Source of the DNA: Lophium mytilinum
Taxonomy: Eukaryota
Assembly (NCBI GenBank): GCA_010093605.1
Contig: MU004190.1
Span: forward strand, 620,001-684,000
Length of the DNA stretch: 64,000 bases
Direction: 5' to 3'
Positions 38,275 to 49,907 of the stretch are shown in pieces (position 1 is the first letter of the stretch; each line of letters starts with the position of its first letter). The notes under the pieces were generated by a model. That model saw only the letters and a list, made by a program, of their open reading frames with translations. It did no database searches and was not told the DNA's origin. The position numbers and the translations under genes were made by a program.

Positions 38275-38739
38275 TTCAGCAGTTCGTACGTTAGTCTAGA
38301 ATGCAGCGTCAGTAAAGATTCTTGATTGAAGATGCTCTCATTTGGGGAGTAGGTAGATGCGTACTTCTTTGTAGTGTGTAAAGCCACGACAGAAGCTGTT
38401 ATGTTGGCCAAGTGAAGCTGTCCTTCACTCGTTTGCCAACACATACGCAAAGTATCAATCACGTGATGACCCCTGAACAACGCCAGATGTATCCCACGTA
38501 TGCGGTTTCGACGCAACATCGCACATTCTAGGGCGATAAGTCAAATCAACATAGTTGTCAGAAGCCACGTTTTAGGTCCGGGTTTCTGCCGCTGGGCTTG
38601 CATATTAATGAAGAAATTCGCAACAATCATTCTTAGTCACATACAGGAGCATTTTATTGCCCAGAAAAGAAAGAAAAGTAGCTTTGAACGGGTGTAGCTT
38701 CGTCTCCGATCAGTCTTACCACGATACTAAACTACTGTC

Positions 38740-39761
38740 ATGGATAACGCACCTCGAGACATCGCCCCGATGGGTAACCGGGACAACACTACGCAAAGCA
38801 TGAACCCGACTCGTAGATTTCAGGTAAACACTGGTTTCATGTCAAAGCGCTAAGTATACTATATCCCAGAGGAGAATGGTGTTAGCTAACAAGAACCACT
38901 CACGAGTAGCGCTGGCCCGCTAGAAACCCTGAACCAACTGTGCCATCACAGCCACACCCACGTCCGCACCCCGGACTCGCACAAAGTGGTAGTATTGGCC
39001 GTGATACTAGGACGCAAAGCGCCCTCGAAAGTGGCCGGAGACGCGATATTCTTCGACAAACTTCCTGGCGTTCGGGGCAAGGGTCAGCCGCGACAATTGC
39101 AGTAGCTCTAACGCAGTCGATTCCTGAAGGCCAGCCACTCAACACATTCTTACCTTCAAGTACACTTCATAGCGCTTCAAGCCTGACCAGGCCCAACTTA
39201 TCCACTCAATCTACCCATAGCTCGCATCCGCCTCGAAATCTTCGGTCTAGGATACCCCTAATTGACCCCGGCGCTATCATCCACCACGCAGACCCAGTTC
39301 GTTTGCTGGATCCTAGTATACCCCAAGGGGACCCTTCGCGAAGCGAAAGTCAGTATGGGCCTGTTCTTGATAAGAAGAGGTACTTTGTAGTTCTTTTCAC
39401 GAACCCTCCAATGTCCACCCTGGACGCGTTCCCAATTTTCTCTTATAATGATCGCGGCATCATGCATTTGCCAAGAGAAGTTAGAGAAAGGCATATGGGT
39501 ATCGTAATGGCAAGGGAAATGTACGCTGGTGATGTGCCAGGGCCGGCTCTGGAAGTCCAGCAGGATGTGGCAAAAAGCTTTACACTGCGGGAGACCGCCT
39601 ATGTGCTCCTGGATAGCGTCACGATCGAGCCGAATGTCCATACCACTGTCTGCGGTGGTCTGACGGATGAAAGTCACGAGCTCCTGTACAAGAGGGTTCT
39701 CCAGCTCTATCACGAGAAGTGGAAGAGGCTCAAGGGAGAGGATATTGATGAGTCTGGGTGA
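38740..39761 (+). CDS. Hypothetical protein with C-terminal DUF6590-like domain, family B copy 2; intron 38825-38909
   Basis: ATG 38740, GTAAAC donor, GCTAAC branch and TAG acceptor in frame with the 38940 ORF. DPSIPQGDP...YGPVLDKKRYFVV...PIFSYNDRGI is paralogous to 33828..35087. Confidence 0.7.
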
Positions 39762-40088
39762 GGTTTAGTTTTCTTGATATTTCGATTCGGCTTTATGACC
39801 TGCAGGCGGGAAGTGAGGTAAGTGTGAAAGATAGTGTTCGGTAGATAGAACTTAGTCTTGAAGTTTGCAATTACATTTGAGGACCTTGATGCATCCATAT
39901 GCCACTGCTTGAAGTCCTTCAACACATTCTGAGACATGAGCATGGACCATCCAGGAACAGGTTTGACCATGACAGAAACTCGCCCTGCCACCCCAGACGG
40001 CGTCAGGTAGCACTGGTCGTCAACGTCAGTCTACATGCAATGAGATCCTCCTGAAGTACTGTAGCAATCCTAATATACATACGTCGTT

Positions 40089-41084
40089 TCATGTAGCATA
40101 TATGCGTTGCCCAAACTCATCCATCTTCCTCTTCGAAGATCCCTTCAACGGATCATCGATAGCCTTCCTCTTCTTCGACTTCGGACTCAGAGGTTCTTCT
40201 TCTCTCAGGCCTCCCATTCGAGCGGCATCCCGCCAATTCCAATTCCTCAACTTGATCCACTGTTTCCGTGGGTGGTCCGTATCTCTCAGCTGTATAGGCT
40301 TTCCTTTCATGTTTTCGTAAGAAGAGAAAGGTCTGTTTCCCACAACCGACTCCAGCTCTCGAATAGGGTTATGGAACGATTTCGCCTGCTCCTCAACGGT
40401 CATCTCCTTCGCTTCCTCGACCACAGTTAGTCGTTTGGCTGCCTCAGCGGCCTTAGCAGCTTGCAATAACGTTCTATCATCCATCGCGCGATCCCCAGAG
40501 CTATCATCCAGGATCACACCGTAGTTCCGCTTTACCCAGTCTTTCGCTACTCGGTCTGGAACGCCGATTTTTGTGCCGGGTAGTATAGCACCGAATTGCA
40601 CGAACAGGTTCTCAACATCCGTCAGCACTTCGCTGCGGAGGCGATTGTATTCTCGATAGTAGAACTTGAAGCGATCAGCTGTTGTTTTGTCCGTGAACGG
40701 ATTAGACCCGTGCAGAGCGAGTGCGTTGATCCAGTCTAGATCCCGGCGGACTTTGATTAGCGACTGGATTTTGACTGTGAGATTAGGTTGGGTCGTGATG
40801 CTCGGTACGTAAATTGGATTCGGGAAAGGGACATGTCTAGTCGGCGTCTGGCGTAAGGATTGGAATGAAGGGTTCGGAGGAATTGGGAGTTGAATTTGAT
40901 ATTCCAAGGGCGCGTTCAGATACGGCTGGATGGTTTGCGGCTGTGGGTATCGACTGTCTCCTAGACTTATCGTGCTTCTTGCATGAGTGGAGGCTGATGT
41001 ACTCGAACCGGCGGCTGCTGAGTTCTGCGCTGTACTGCTTGGAAAGCCGCTGTCGTTGGCGAAGTTGTCTTGATTATTTGCCAT
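40089..41084 (-). CDS. Hypothetical protein (331 aa) with low-complexity N-terminus and NLS-like C-terminus (PKSKKRK)
   Basis: Single long ATG-initiated ORF; no recognisable domain. Confidence 0.6.
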   Translation of the reverse strand: MANNQDNFANDSGFPSSTAQNSAAAGSSTSASTHARSTISLGDSRYPQPQTIQPYLNAPLEYQIQLPIPPNPSFQSLRQTPTRHVPFPNPIYVPSITTQPNLTVKIQSLIKVRRDLDWINALALHGSNPFTDKTTADRFKFYYREYNRLRSEVLTDVENLFVQFGAILPGTKIGVPDRVAKDWVKRNYGVILDDSSGDRAMDDRTLLQAAKAAEAAKRLTVVEEAKEMTVEEQAKSFHNPIRELESVVGNRPFSSYENMKGKPIQLRDTDHPRKQWIKLRNWNWRDAARMGGLREEEPLSPKSKKRKAIDDPLKGSSKRKMDEFGQRIYAT

Positions 41085-42663
41085 TCTTGGTGTTCGCTCC
41101 CTACTCTAGTCGAGAGAGTATGTAATAGCTATTTTCCAAGAAGAGGCTCTTTACGAACGTCAAAACGGATAGACGTTACGTGAATGATCGCGAGGACAAT
41201 GACATTGTCCAAAATAACGGAAATCCGATCGCCGGAATAAAGAGATTTGCTGAAGACAGAGCTGGTACCTGGATATGAACTTTGACCCAACTCGCTCTGA
41301 TTTCATGGTCGGCTTTGTTTCTTTGATGTTCGAATCGCCCGTCCCTTGTGCTATTGTTCACTGACGTTCGGGCTTTGTGCTGTTGTCCGCAATTCTTTCA
41401 AGGAACAAAGACTCTGAAAACAATCCGATTGTGACAGTAGCGTGTACATGCCGGAGTCCGACTCTTATAAAGCCTCACAGTCTCCTACGACTGAAACCCA
41501 GTCTCTCAGCTCCACTGCGGCTGACTCAAGACTAGCTTGCTATTGGAGGCTTATCGACGTCTGCACTGCGTGTATTTCTGGCTTAGAAGAGTCGTAGCTA
41601 AGTTATCCCTTCCGCTGAAGCATCTCACTAACAAATTCGGCCAGAGTGATTATTCTCATTTGTGTCCGTATGTTCCTCTAGAAATAGGGGGTGGTCGTGC
41701 CGCTTGAGCTGGAGATAGATTCTGCCATTCATCCTGGTATATCAAGACTCAAGATCAAGCTAAATGTTGAGACTGCAAGTATCGAGCAGCTTCACGCATC
41801 TGGGATCTCGGGATGAAGGGAGCACATAACGGCTTGCCACAGTCCCCTTAACAAGATGAAAGTAGTAAGTCATCCACACCAACGTCTTTGCTAACGACCC
41901 ACAGGACAGACAAACTGCTATCCATTAGACCGCACCAACATGACCCCTGTAAGTCAACTCTTCCCCTTGCTACTAACGAAGCAACAGAGCATGGTGAGCC
42001 AATAGCGAAATATATACATATCTGAAACGATATACGGCAATCGGTCAGATCCTCAAGTATACAACAAACAAGTATATCCCCAACATATCACACAAAGAAG
42101 ACAGCTTTACGGAAAAGAAATTGCAATACAAGTGAGTAAGTGAGCTTGACATTTAATCTGAGGCTATCGTCTGGCGAGTCAGACCTGACCTGCTATGGGA
42201 TGCTGTACTCCACGTTTACTGTGTCTCAATAGTGGGCAGATTGCATTACTCGTCGTTTCTCGTTCCTGGTCTGCGCAATCCTTATCATCCTACTGGTGGG
42301 TAGTCCCAATTCCTGGCGAGGAAGTATTCGGGAACTTTGCTACCCATAGCGTGCTCCTATCAATGTTCTCGAAACCTTTGTTATACTGAAGGCGAGGTTA
42401 ACATCCTCTATTGACCTTTTCACGCCCCCACCGGGTGCGAGAGCTGTGCAGCGGCTGAATGAGCTGAAGGGTATGATCGCTTGTGGTGGCAGCACAGCAC
42501 CCGCACCCGCACCGGTGAGTTAATGCAGCGAGGGCATTCTGGATGCAGCATGATGTTATAGTTGATGGCTTTATCGGCGGGTATAGATTTGATTTGAGGG
42601 GTTGTAGTGGCATAGACCGGGAGGGTCTTCAGAGGACATGTCGGCAACTATCCCACGACCGTG

Positions 42664-45600
42664 TTATATAAGAGTAAACGTCTCCACCCGCAAGTTCTCG
42701 AAGTGTTCCAGCGTAAGGCACCTTGCAAAGCCGATCCTCGTATACGTAGCATTCAGTCCATCCACCGGCGCAAGAACCAGGCCCATCCCACACGTCCTAT
42801 CATATTTCTTCCCATGCCCAGAAGCAGGGCAATTCTGACGGAACAGATAAATGCAGTGCACCACCTTTCTCGACCCACGCTCGGACTTGACGTCAAAATG
42901 CATGTCTCCGACGATTCGACTTCCGGTAGAATCTCGCATCTGGATTATTTGCCCGAAGGCATTGGATGAAGCATCGTATCCAAGAACCGCCTTGAATATA
43001 GGGGCTACTATGCGCAAGTAGCCCGACTTGACTCTACCGAAGGGGTCCGCGCTCGCAAGCTCGTCGTGATGTTCAAGGATAACGGACATGCCCTTTTCCC
43101 ATGTGCGGTGCTTTCCTGTCGCGTCGAGAGTAGTGTCTTCGAAGCTGGCTTTGACAGAGGAGTATTGGACTGGCCCAGATAGAGATGCCCATGACCAGCT
43201 TGGAGCGACGTAGTTCGCGTGGCGTATGTGGTCTCTGTCTTTGGAAAAGTGCTTGTAAGAGCCCCATGCCAAGCTACGCAAGAGATCCTCTGACCAGAGA
43301 CCTGCGACGTATTCACTCAACGTGTAGTCACTAACAATCCTCGCGAGACCAGCGATAGCGGGCAGGGTATCCTCTTCCTTGGTGAGTAGCCGGTTCGAAT
43401 AGTCGGCAACGGTATGGTACCACAGGTCGTGAATGTTGCGATCGCCCAAGTCGTTAATGGAGTCAAGGAGCCTCTCGTTGAAGGAGCCGTTGTAGCGCTG
43501 TTGCTTCGCCATATTCTTTGTGGGCCACCCTTCGTACGTTTTCACGCAGCGACACTCCCAGAGCACTTGCTCATGGGTGAAATGAGCGATGCGCGGAGAC
43601 ATTTCGCATTCTTGGAGTGTCCATCCTCTGCTATGCAGGGGTCCCTCTTCGTGCAGTTTTTCCCACCACGATTGGGGTTTTATGGCCCTTATGGCTAGAG
43701 GCCTGCCGTCCTCGTCCTTGAGCTGAAATTCAACGTAGTTGTTGTCTGTTTCTCGTGAGCGGAAGATGCCCTCTGTGTCATCATCGGAAACATTGGCCGC
43801 TATGGTCAAGTACGAGTTGCTGTAAACCTGGCTCATCAGAGACGTCTCTCGATCCCAATCTTCGCGAGAGTCTTGTATGATGCATAATGCATCGATCCAC
43901 AGATGCTTGACTCCGAGCTGATGCGCAACTTCGCAAGCTTCCACGAACGTCAAGGGCAGGATGTCCACCTCGATAGACTTCATCCGGCTATCAATGTTCC
44001 TTGCAAGGGTCGAGCTCGAAGCTGTGGCTTCTGCGTGCCACCGATGGGTCATAGCCAGATATCGTGATTTCCTGGGCAGCGAGCATCCTTCCACCAGTTT
44101 CAACGTCTTGTTTCGGTCCCAATCGCTAAGATAGAGCAGTCTCGTCGGCAAAAATTCTTTCTGCGGCTGAATCCTACAGCCATCATGGCTTTGGTTACAT
44201 TGCTGCAGCCATGAACGCAGCTGTTCGAACGTCTCGAGGGACGAAGTACTTCCAGATAGTGGCTGTCGCTTGTCTGAAGAATGTCAGCAGTAAGCCTCGT
44301 GGGTCATACAAGGGGATCTACTTTCGAAAGGCTCGACAGTGAGCTGAAAAGCAGCCCGCAGGGTTTTTGGACATTCGACGTCTGCTGGAAACGGCTCATC
44401 AATCTGACTCCTCATAGAATCTACTGGCCCGCGGCGTGAGCTCCGATACAGTCTCACCTCACTAGGCTGAGGAAGCGTGATCGTCGTAATTCCGAGCTGT
44501 TTCCAGAAGAACATGCAGAAAGGACATCCGCTGCGGGAAGAATCTTGGAGAGAGTTCAATGATAGATGCCACTTCGGAGCATCCCAACTCTGCCATTCCT
44601 CGGTGAAGAATGCCGCTGGTAAGTTTTCGCATATCGCGCACAATTCCGCCTTGGTAACAGTTGATAAATCCAAAGATATACTGCGCTTTCGTGGTGCGGG
44701 CGTCTCGGCTTGCTTGCGTTTCAGCAATTCCATGATGGCTTGATTGCCGCCCTCCTCTGCAGCGTCAAGGGCCGTCCTGTCAGTGTACGAGACTGCATGT
44801 GCATCCGCACCTGCATCAAGCAATATTCTCACCATCTGTTCATTCCCTTTCATACACGCCAAATGCAAAGGCGGTTCCTTCCTCCCTGCAGCCGCGCTCG
44901 GATCAGCGCCATCAGAGAGAAGTACCTGCGCCGTTTCGAGGTGATCGCCTTCCACAGATGCTTGCAGCGCAGTACTCCAGCGTGCCTCCTTATCATCTAA
45001 ATGTACACCAGCTTCGAGAAGCACCCTCACGACTTCAGCATATCCTCTGGTGGCCGCAACCGTGAGCAAGCGAAAATGACTCCCGTGCTCTTGTTTGACC
45101 GACACTCCCACGCTTAGTAGGCAATTGAGGAACTCAACGTGCCCCGTCTCAACGCAGGCTTCGAGAGCTCGTCGCATCGCCTGTGTAGTCTCCACCTTCT
45201 CCTTTGTCACCTCTTGTACTAGTCTTTCAAACACCTCAACGTGATTGCCCTTGATCGTTAACATCAGCGACGGAGAGGCTGAATCCCAGGCGTCGGTCTC
45301 GAGCTTAGCACCGGCGTTCAGGAAGGTGTTGACGATGTCGATGCTGCCTGCTTCAGCTGCCGCTTGCAGCGCCGTGCGTCCCCACACCCCAGCTTTTGCA
45401 TTGACTTCAGCACCAGCATCCATCAATCTTTTGACCAATTCGACGTCACCCCTCCCAGCTGCGGCCTGGAGTGCGGTCCTGCCTTGTCTCACTGGAGGCG
45501 CATTGGTGTCCGCGCCTGCTTGCAGTAGTATCTCCACAACATCCAAATGTCCTCCACGCGCGGCTTCCTGTAGTGGCGAGGAGTAGTGCTCACGGTTCCA

Positions 45601-46482
45601 CTTGTTGGGGTCGTTTGCCAGGGAACCTGCCTTCAGCAACCGCTCAACAACTGCTAGGTGTCCACCTAGAGAGGCTGCGCGCAATGCTCTGTCGGCATTT
45701 GGATCTGCGCCGACTGTAAGCAACCTCTCAACGATGTCGAGATAACCACCACTGGCCGCGGCTCGTAGAGGTGTGCACCGTGAGGATCCGCGTGGGATAG
45801 TAGTGCCAGCTCCATGTTGAATAAGGTATTCGACCATTTCAAAATGACCGCTGCTCGCCGCAGAGGATAACGCGCTTTCGTGTGACACATCAGCCGCTGC
45901 ATCAGCATTCGCGCCGTATTTTACCAGCAACCTCGCAATCTCCATGTCGCCCAAGCCAGCAGCATCCTGCAAAGCAGTATCCTTGTTGGTTTGCGCCGCT
46001 TCGAGGAACTTCTGGGCCTTGATGAGTCGAGTAACCTCGTCATGTTGGGCGTCCTGAACGGCTTGCTCCAGCGCGGATGCGCTGTAGCCATCGTTCGCGA
46101 GTTGCCTCTCTTCGGTAGCCAATATGATTTTCAACACCTCGGTCCTTCTCTTGAGCGCCGCTTGTTCCAGAGCCGATCCCACCATGTCGATAGAAGCGCG
46201 GGCATGTATGTCGACTCCAGCCTCAATCAATCGCTGCACCGCTTCAATCTGGCCTCTCTTCGCAGCTTCGGTGAATGAACGAGTATATCCATAGTAATAT
46301 CCCTTTCCCAGTGTGACCGTTTCATGCTCCACGAGTCGCTTGACCTCTTCCAAAGGATCCCCATATCGGGCGGCATCCAAGGCACTTCGACCGGCGGCAT
46401 CTGTCGCCAATCGGTATTTCCAGTCACCGAATTCATCCTTCTCTGCGATTCTGAGGCTATCTTTCACTTTGAGCACGGCCAT
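42664..46482 (-). CDS. Ankyrin-repeat + HET domain protein, ~1256 aa; intron 44274-44321
   Basis: About 14-16 ankyrin repeats (TALQAAAGRG.., TPLRAAASGG..) followed by a CxxC...CPFC segment. A 48-nt intron (GT..GCTGAC..CAG) joins in frame to the HET domain: PTRLL, YLAMTHRW, LWIDALCIIQD, MSQVYSNSYLTIAA, SRGWTLQE, APSWSWAS. Confidence 0.9.
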
Positions 46483-46559
46483 GGATCGCTTTTGTTGATG
46501 GAAACTGAGTGGAAGTGCTGAACAGAGCTGTTACCTAGGTGCGGTAGTAATTCGGGGCC

Positions 46560-46740
46560 GGTTAATTTGCTTATTTGTCGTGTGCAAAACTACTATAAAT
46601 CCTTAGCATTTACTTCCCTACTACCTATATACTAAATTTATATAAGATAGCTAAGAATAAGATCCTATATAATTTAACCTATTTCTAATAGTATTATTTG
46701 ATATAAAGTTAGCTTAAATAAATAAAAATAAAGCTGCATC
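46560..46740. repeat. AT-rich, TpA-enriched tract, probable RIP-degraded repeat relic
   Basis: Abrupt very AT-rich stretch (tactataaat...ctaaatttatataagatagctaag...aaataaataaaaataaag) with few CpA/TpG dinucleotides. Confidence 0.55.
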
Positions 46741-47496
46741 GCAAGGGTCCACTCTCTCCAGTGCCCCACCCGGTCCGGTAACTTAGGGGATTTAGCCGAA
46801 GGCAGATTCCAGCCGACTGTAGAGGGCCCGAAGCACGCGCTCCGTCACGATATGTTGAAGAAGGCTGTTCTAAATACATGCACCGCTTCCTCTTATAAAA
46901 TCTACCATACTTAGGTCGAAAAGTGGTCTCTACAATAATGCAACAATTTTGTGCCATGGTAGAAGACGGCCGTAATGCTTTGGGGACAAGTTGTGACTGC
47001 AATCGGAGTCGCCGATGAAATGTTGCTATGCCACGAACTCAGCTTCGCTTCATAGCTCAGTTCAAAACCCTGTATGCTCAGGTTCAAAAGTGGAAGTAGG
47101 CTTTCCTTCCTAGTGTCATGAGTTATTCCCGCGCGACTCCGGAGGGTGGCCTTACTGTGATGCATCGGAGGGCAGGAGGGTTAGGGCTAAAACTAGACCC
47201 TGGCAGGCCTACTGGCCCTTAATTGGACCTTCCGATAGACCGCAGTCTAAACACCCCTGTCGAATACAGGCCCCAAAACTTGGGTTCCAACGAGCTGCTT
47301 AGTCTCCGCTCAGGATGCGCTGACCTAGCGCACCTACAGCTCAGTCCTTGGTTGGGAAAGGAAATTGCTTGTGTGCACATTGGGGTGTTGTACATGCTGT
47401 TAAAAAATGGCCTTATATTGAATTCGCGGCCAAAATGAGCTCTAGGAGGCTATTTTGGAAGTAAGGCCGTTTCGGGCCCATCCAGGAATCGGCCTG

Positions 47497-47604
47497 CTCA
47501 CTCACTGCTCACCCACTGTTCACCAGCGCTCAGCTACTCACCCCGCCCTCACCCACTACTCACCCACCACCGCTTTCACCTACCACCGCTCTTACCCACC
47601 ACCT
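47497..47604. repeat. Degenerate C/A-rich minisatellite (~11-nt CTCACCCACTG-like units)
   Basis: ctcactcactg ctcacccactg ttcaccagcg ... ctcacccacta ctcacccacc. Confidence 0.55.
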
Positions 47605-48162
47605 CTATTCGCCTCAATGCACTCCACCAGGATTGCTCGCAAGCCATCAAGTAGAGCCAATCGCTAGCGCATCCCATGACTATTCTACGCTTTGCCTACC
47701 CTCCATCGGTGACATCGATGGAAGCGAAATTAGCACAGTTTCAATTCAAGGATAGGTGGTTATATTAAGACAGAGAATAGGTAGGGGTAGGTTTTTGGAT
47801 AAATATGGAAAACGATGTATTAATACATTTCCACCTTTCAAACGTAAAGGGTGAAGTGTCCCGATCCAGCACGCTAAATGTGCAAAATCAAACACCTCAA
47901 ATTTCTGCAGCATTTGATTCAGGTTCGATATGAATAGATGCAAAGGGGATCAACCCAGAGCGTTCTTGGCTCATTTGTTGGACGGAGATGAGCCAAGGCT
48001 GTTCCGAGAACTCTCGTGATTTTGTAGTCGGTGTCGTTTACAGTGAGGTGGAAAAGATCAGAATTCGAGCCTACCTACCTAGGCAGCGAGTTTGACTCGA
48101 CTGAGGGCCATATGCAGCTCATAAGTTCGTGTACACACGTCAAGAGCATGCTTGATGCCCTA

Positions 48163-49377
48163 TCACCTGATTTTGCTTCTCCACTCGCGTATCTCTGCAA
48201 CAAAGAGGTTTGGTACCTCCCACGCCGCAAAGTGGCCCCCTCTGTCCATCTCCTTCCAATGCACAATGTTCTTGTAATACCTTTCGCACCATTCCCTCGG
48301 ACCATAAGTCGAGTCGCCCGGGAACCAACTCACGCCAACCGGGATATCAATCGACCACGCGGTTGAGTCGAACCACCCGCACTCCCAATAGTAACGAGCA
48401 GATGATGTTCCAGAATTAGAGAGCCAATACAGCATAATCGTATCGAGCATCTCATCTTTACTGAACACCGTCTCCACATTTCCATCGTGATAGGACCAGT
48501 CTCTTAGTTTTTCATAAATCCAAGCAGCCTGCGCGACTGGTGAGTCAGCAAGTCCGTAGCCAACGGTCTGCGGTCTCGTTGACATCTGGGTGTAGTACCC
48601 GTAATGTTCTTTGTCCCGATGGCGGTCTCTTTGCATGGCTCGTTCTTCACCTGTCTTATCTTGGCTTGATATTTGAATCTCTTTCTGAAAAGTAGATTAG
48701 CATATGTCTTGCCCAGGTATGTTAGAGCAGACTTTTACCTTCGGTTCAAGGAATATGGAGTTCATATGAACGCTCTTCAGTCCCTTTGGTGCTTGATGGC
48801 CCAGACTTGCGACCACGTGGGCCCCCCAGTCGCCGCCTTGAGCAACCCATCCGCTGTCTGCATAGCCCAATCGTTGCATTAACTCAGCCCATGCACGTGC
48901 GGTGCGACGGTAATCCCATCCTGTCTCCGTCGGCTTACTGGAGAAGGCGTAGCCCGGGAGTGCTGGGATGACAAGATGGAATGCGTCCTTAGGAGAGCCG
49001 CCGTGAGACTCGGGGTCGACGAGCTTGTCAATTACATGTCTGAATTCTAGAATTGAGCCAGGCCAGCCATGTGTAAGGATCATGGGAAGAGCGTTCTCGT
49101 GCTTTGACCGGATGTGTAACAAATAAATTTCTACATCGTCAATGGTCGTCGTGAATTGAGGGTACGAGTTGAGCAGTGCTTCACATCGCCGCCAATCGTA
49201 TTTTGTCTGCCAATACTCGCAAAGCTCTTTGATTGTTGCAAGGGGAACGCCCTGAGACCAGTCGGTGACTGTCTCCTTGTCCGGCCAGCGGGTTAACCGA
49301 AGACGCGTTTGCAAGTCATCGAGAGTGGATAAAGGGATTGAGAGCTTGAAAGGGTGGATAGATTTGGATGTCGGCAT
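48163..49377 (-). CDS. Microsomal-type epoxide hydrolase (EHN + alpha/beta hydrolase); 2 exons
   Basis: DLQTRLRLTRWP, YWQTKYDWR, THGWPGS, nucleophile motif QGGDWG, DSPVAQAAWIYEK and RGGHFAAWE. Intron ~48686-48737. Confidence 0.93.
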
Positions 49378-49907
49378 GATAACTATCTGTATTGGATGTT
49401 CTGAATCAAGAGTTATGTTTTATCAGATCTAGGCGACTTGTATTACTAATGCACGAGGAATACTGTCGATAATGACGTCACACTGCGCCCTTCCAACAAA
49501 ACTAGCGGTGGTGGTGACTAATCGCAGTGCTGATCGCCCGTTTTGTCTTATCACCAGAAGTGGGAGTTGAAGAGGTTTGATCGCTGCTGGCCATGAATAT
49601 AGGTCAAATTCACCTGCCAAAGCGGCTCGAAAGAGCGGGCGCTCTACGGCGCCAGTTGGCGCAGCCCGCTCAAAAGCGGCCCAAGTCGTCCTTACATCTT
49701 ACAGGCAATTTTATAATATCAAAGACCCTTATTACTCGTTATACTGTTTTAGCTAGATTGCAACACTCGCTCTAGCTAGCGCCTGAAACCCCCGAAGGAA
49801 ATCCGTCTTCACAAGTCTGATAGGTCCATGAAAAGATAAAGGAGGAACAACCGAGAAGTTAGTAGCAAGACAAGAGGACCTCAGGACTCCTCAGATCCAT
49901 GGCGGCG

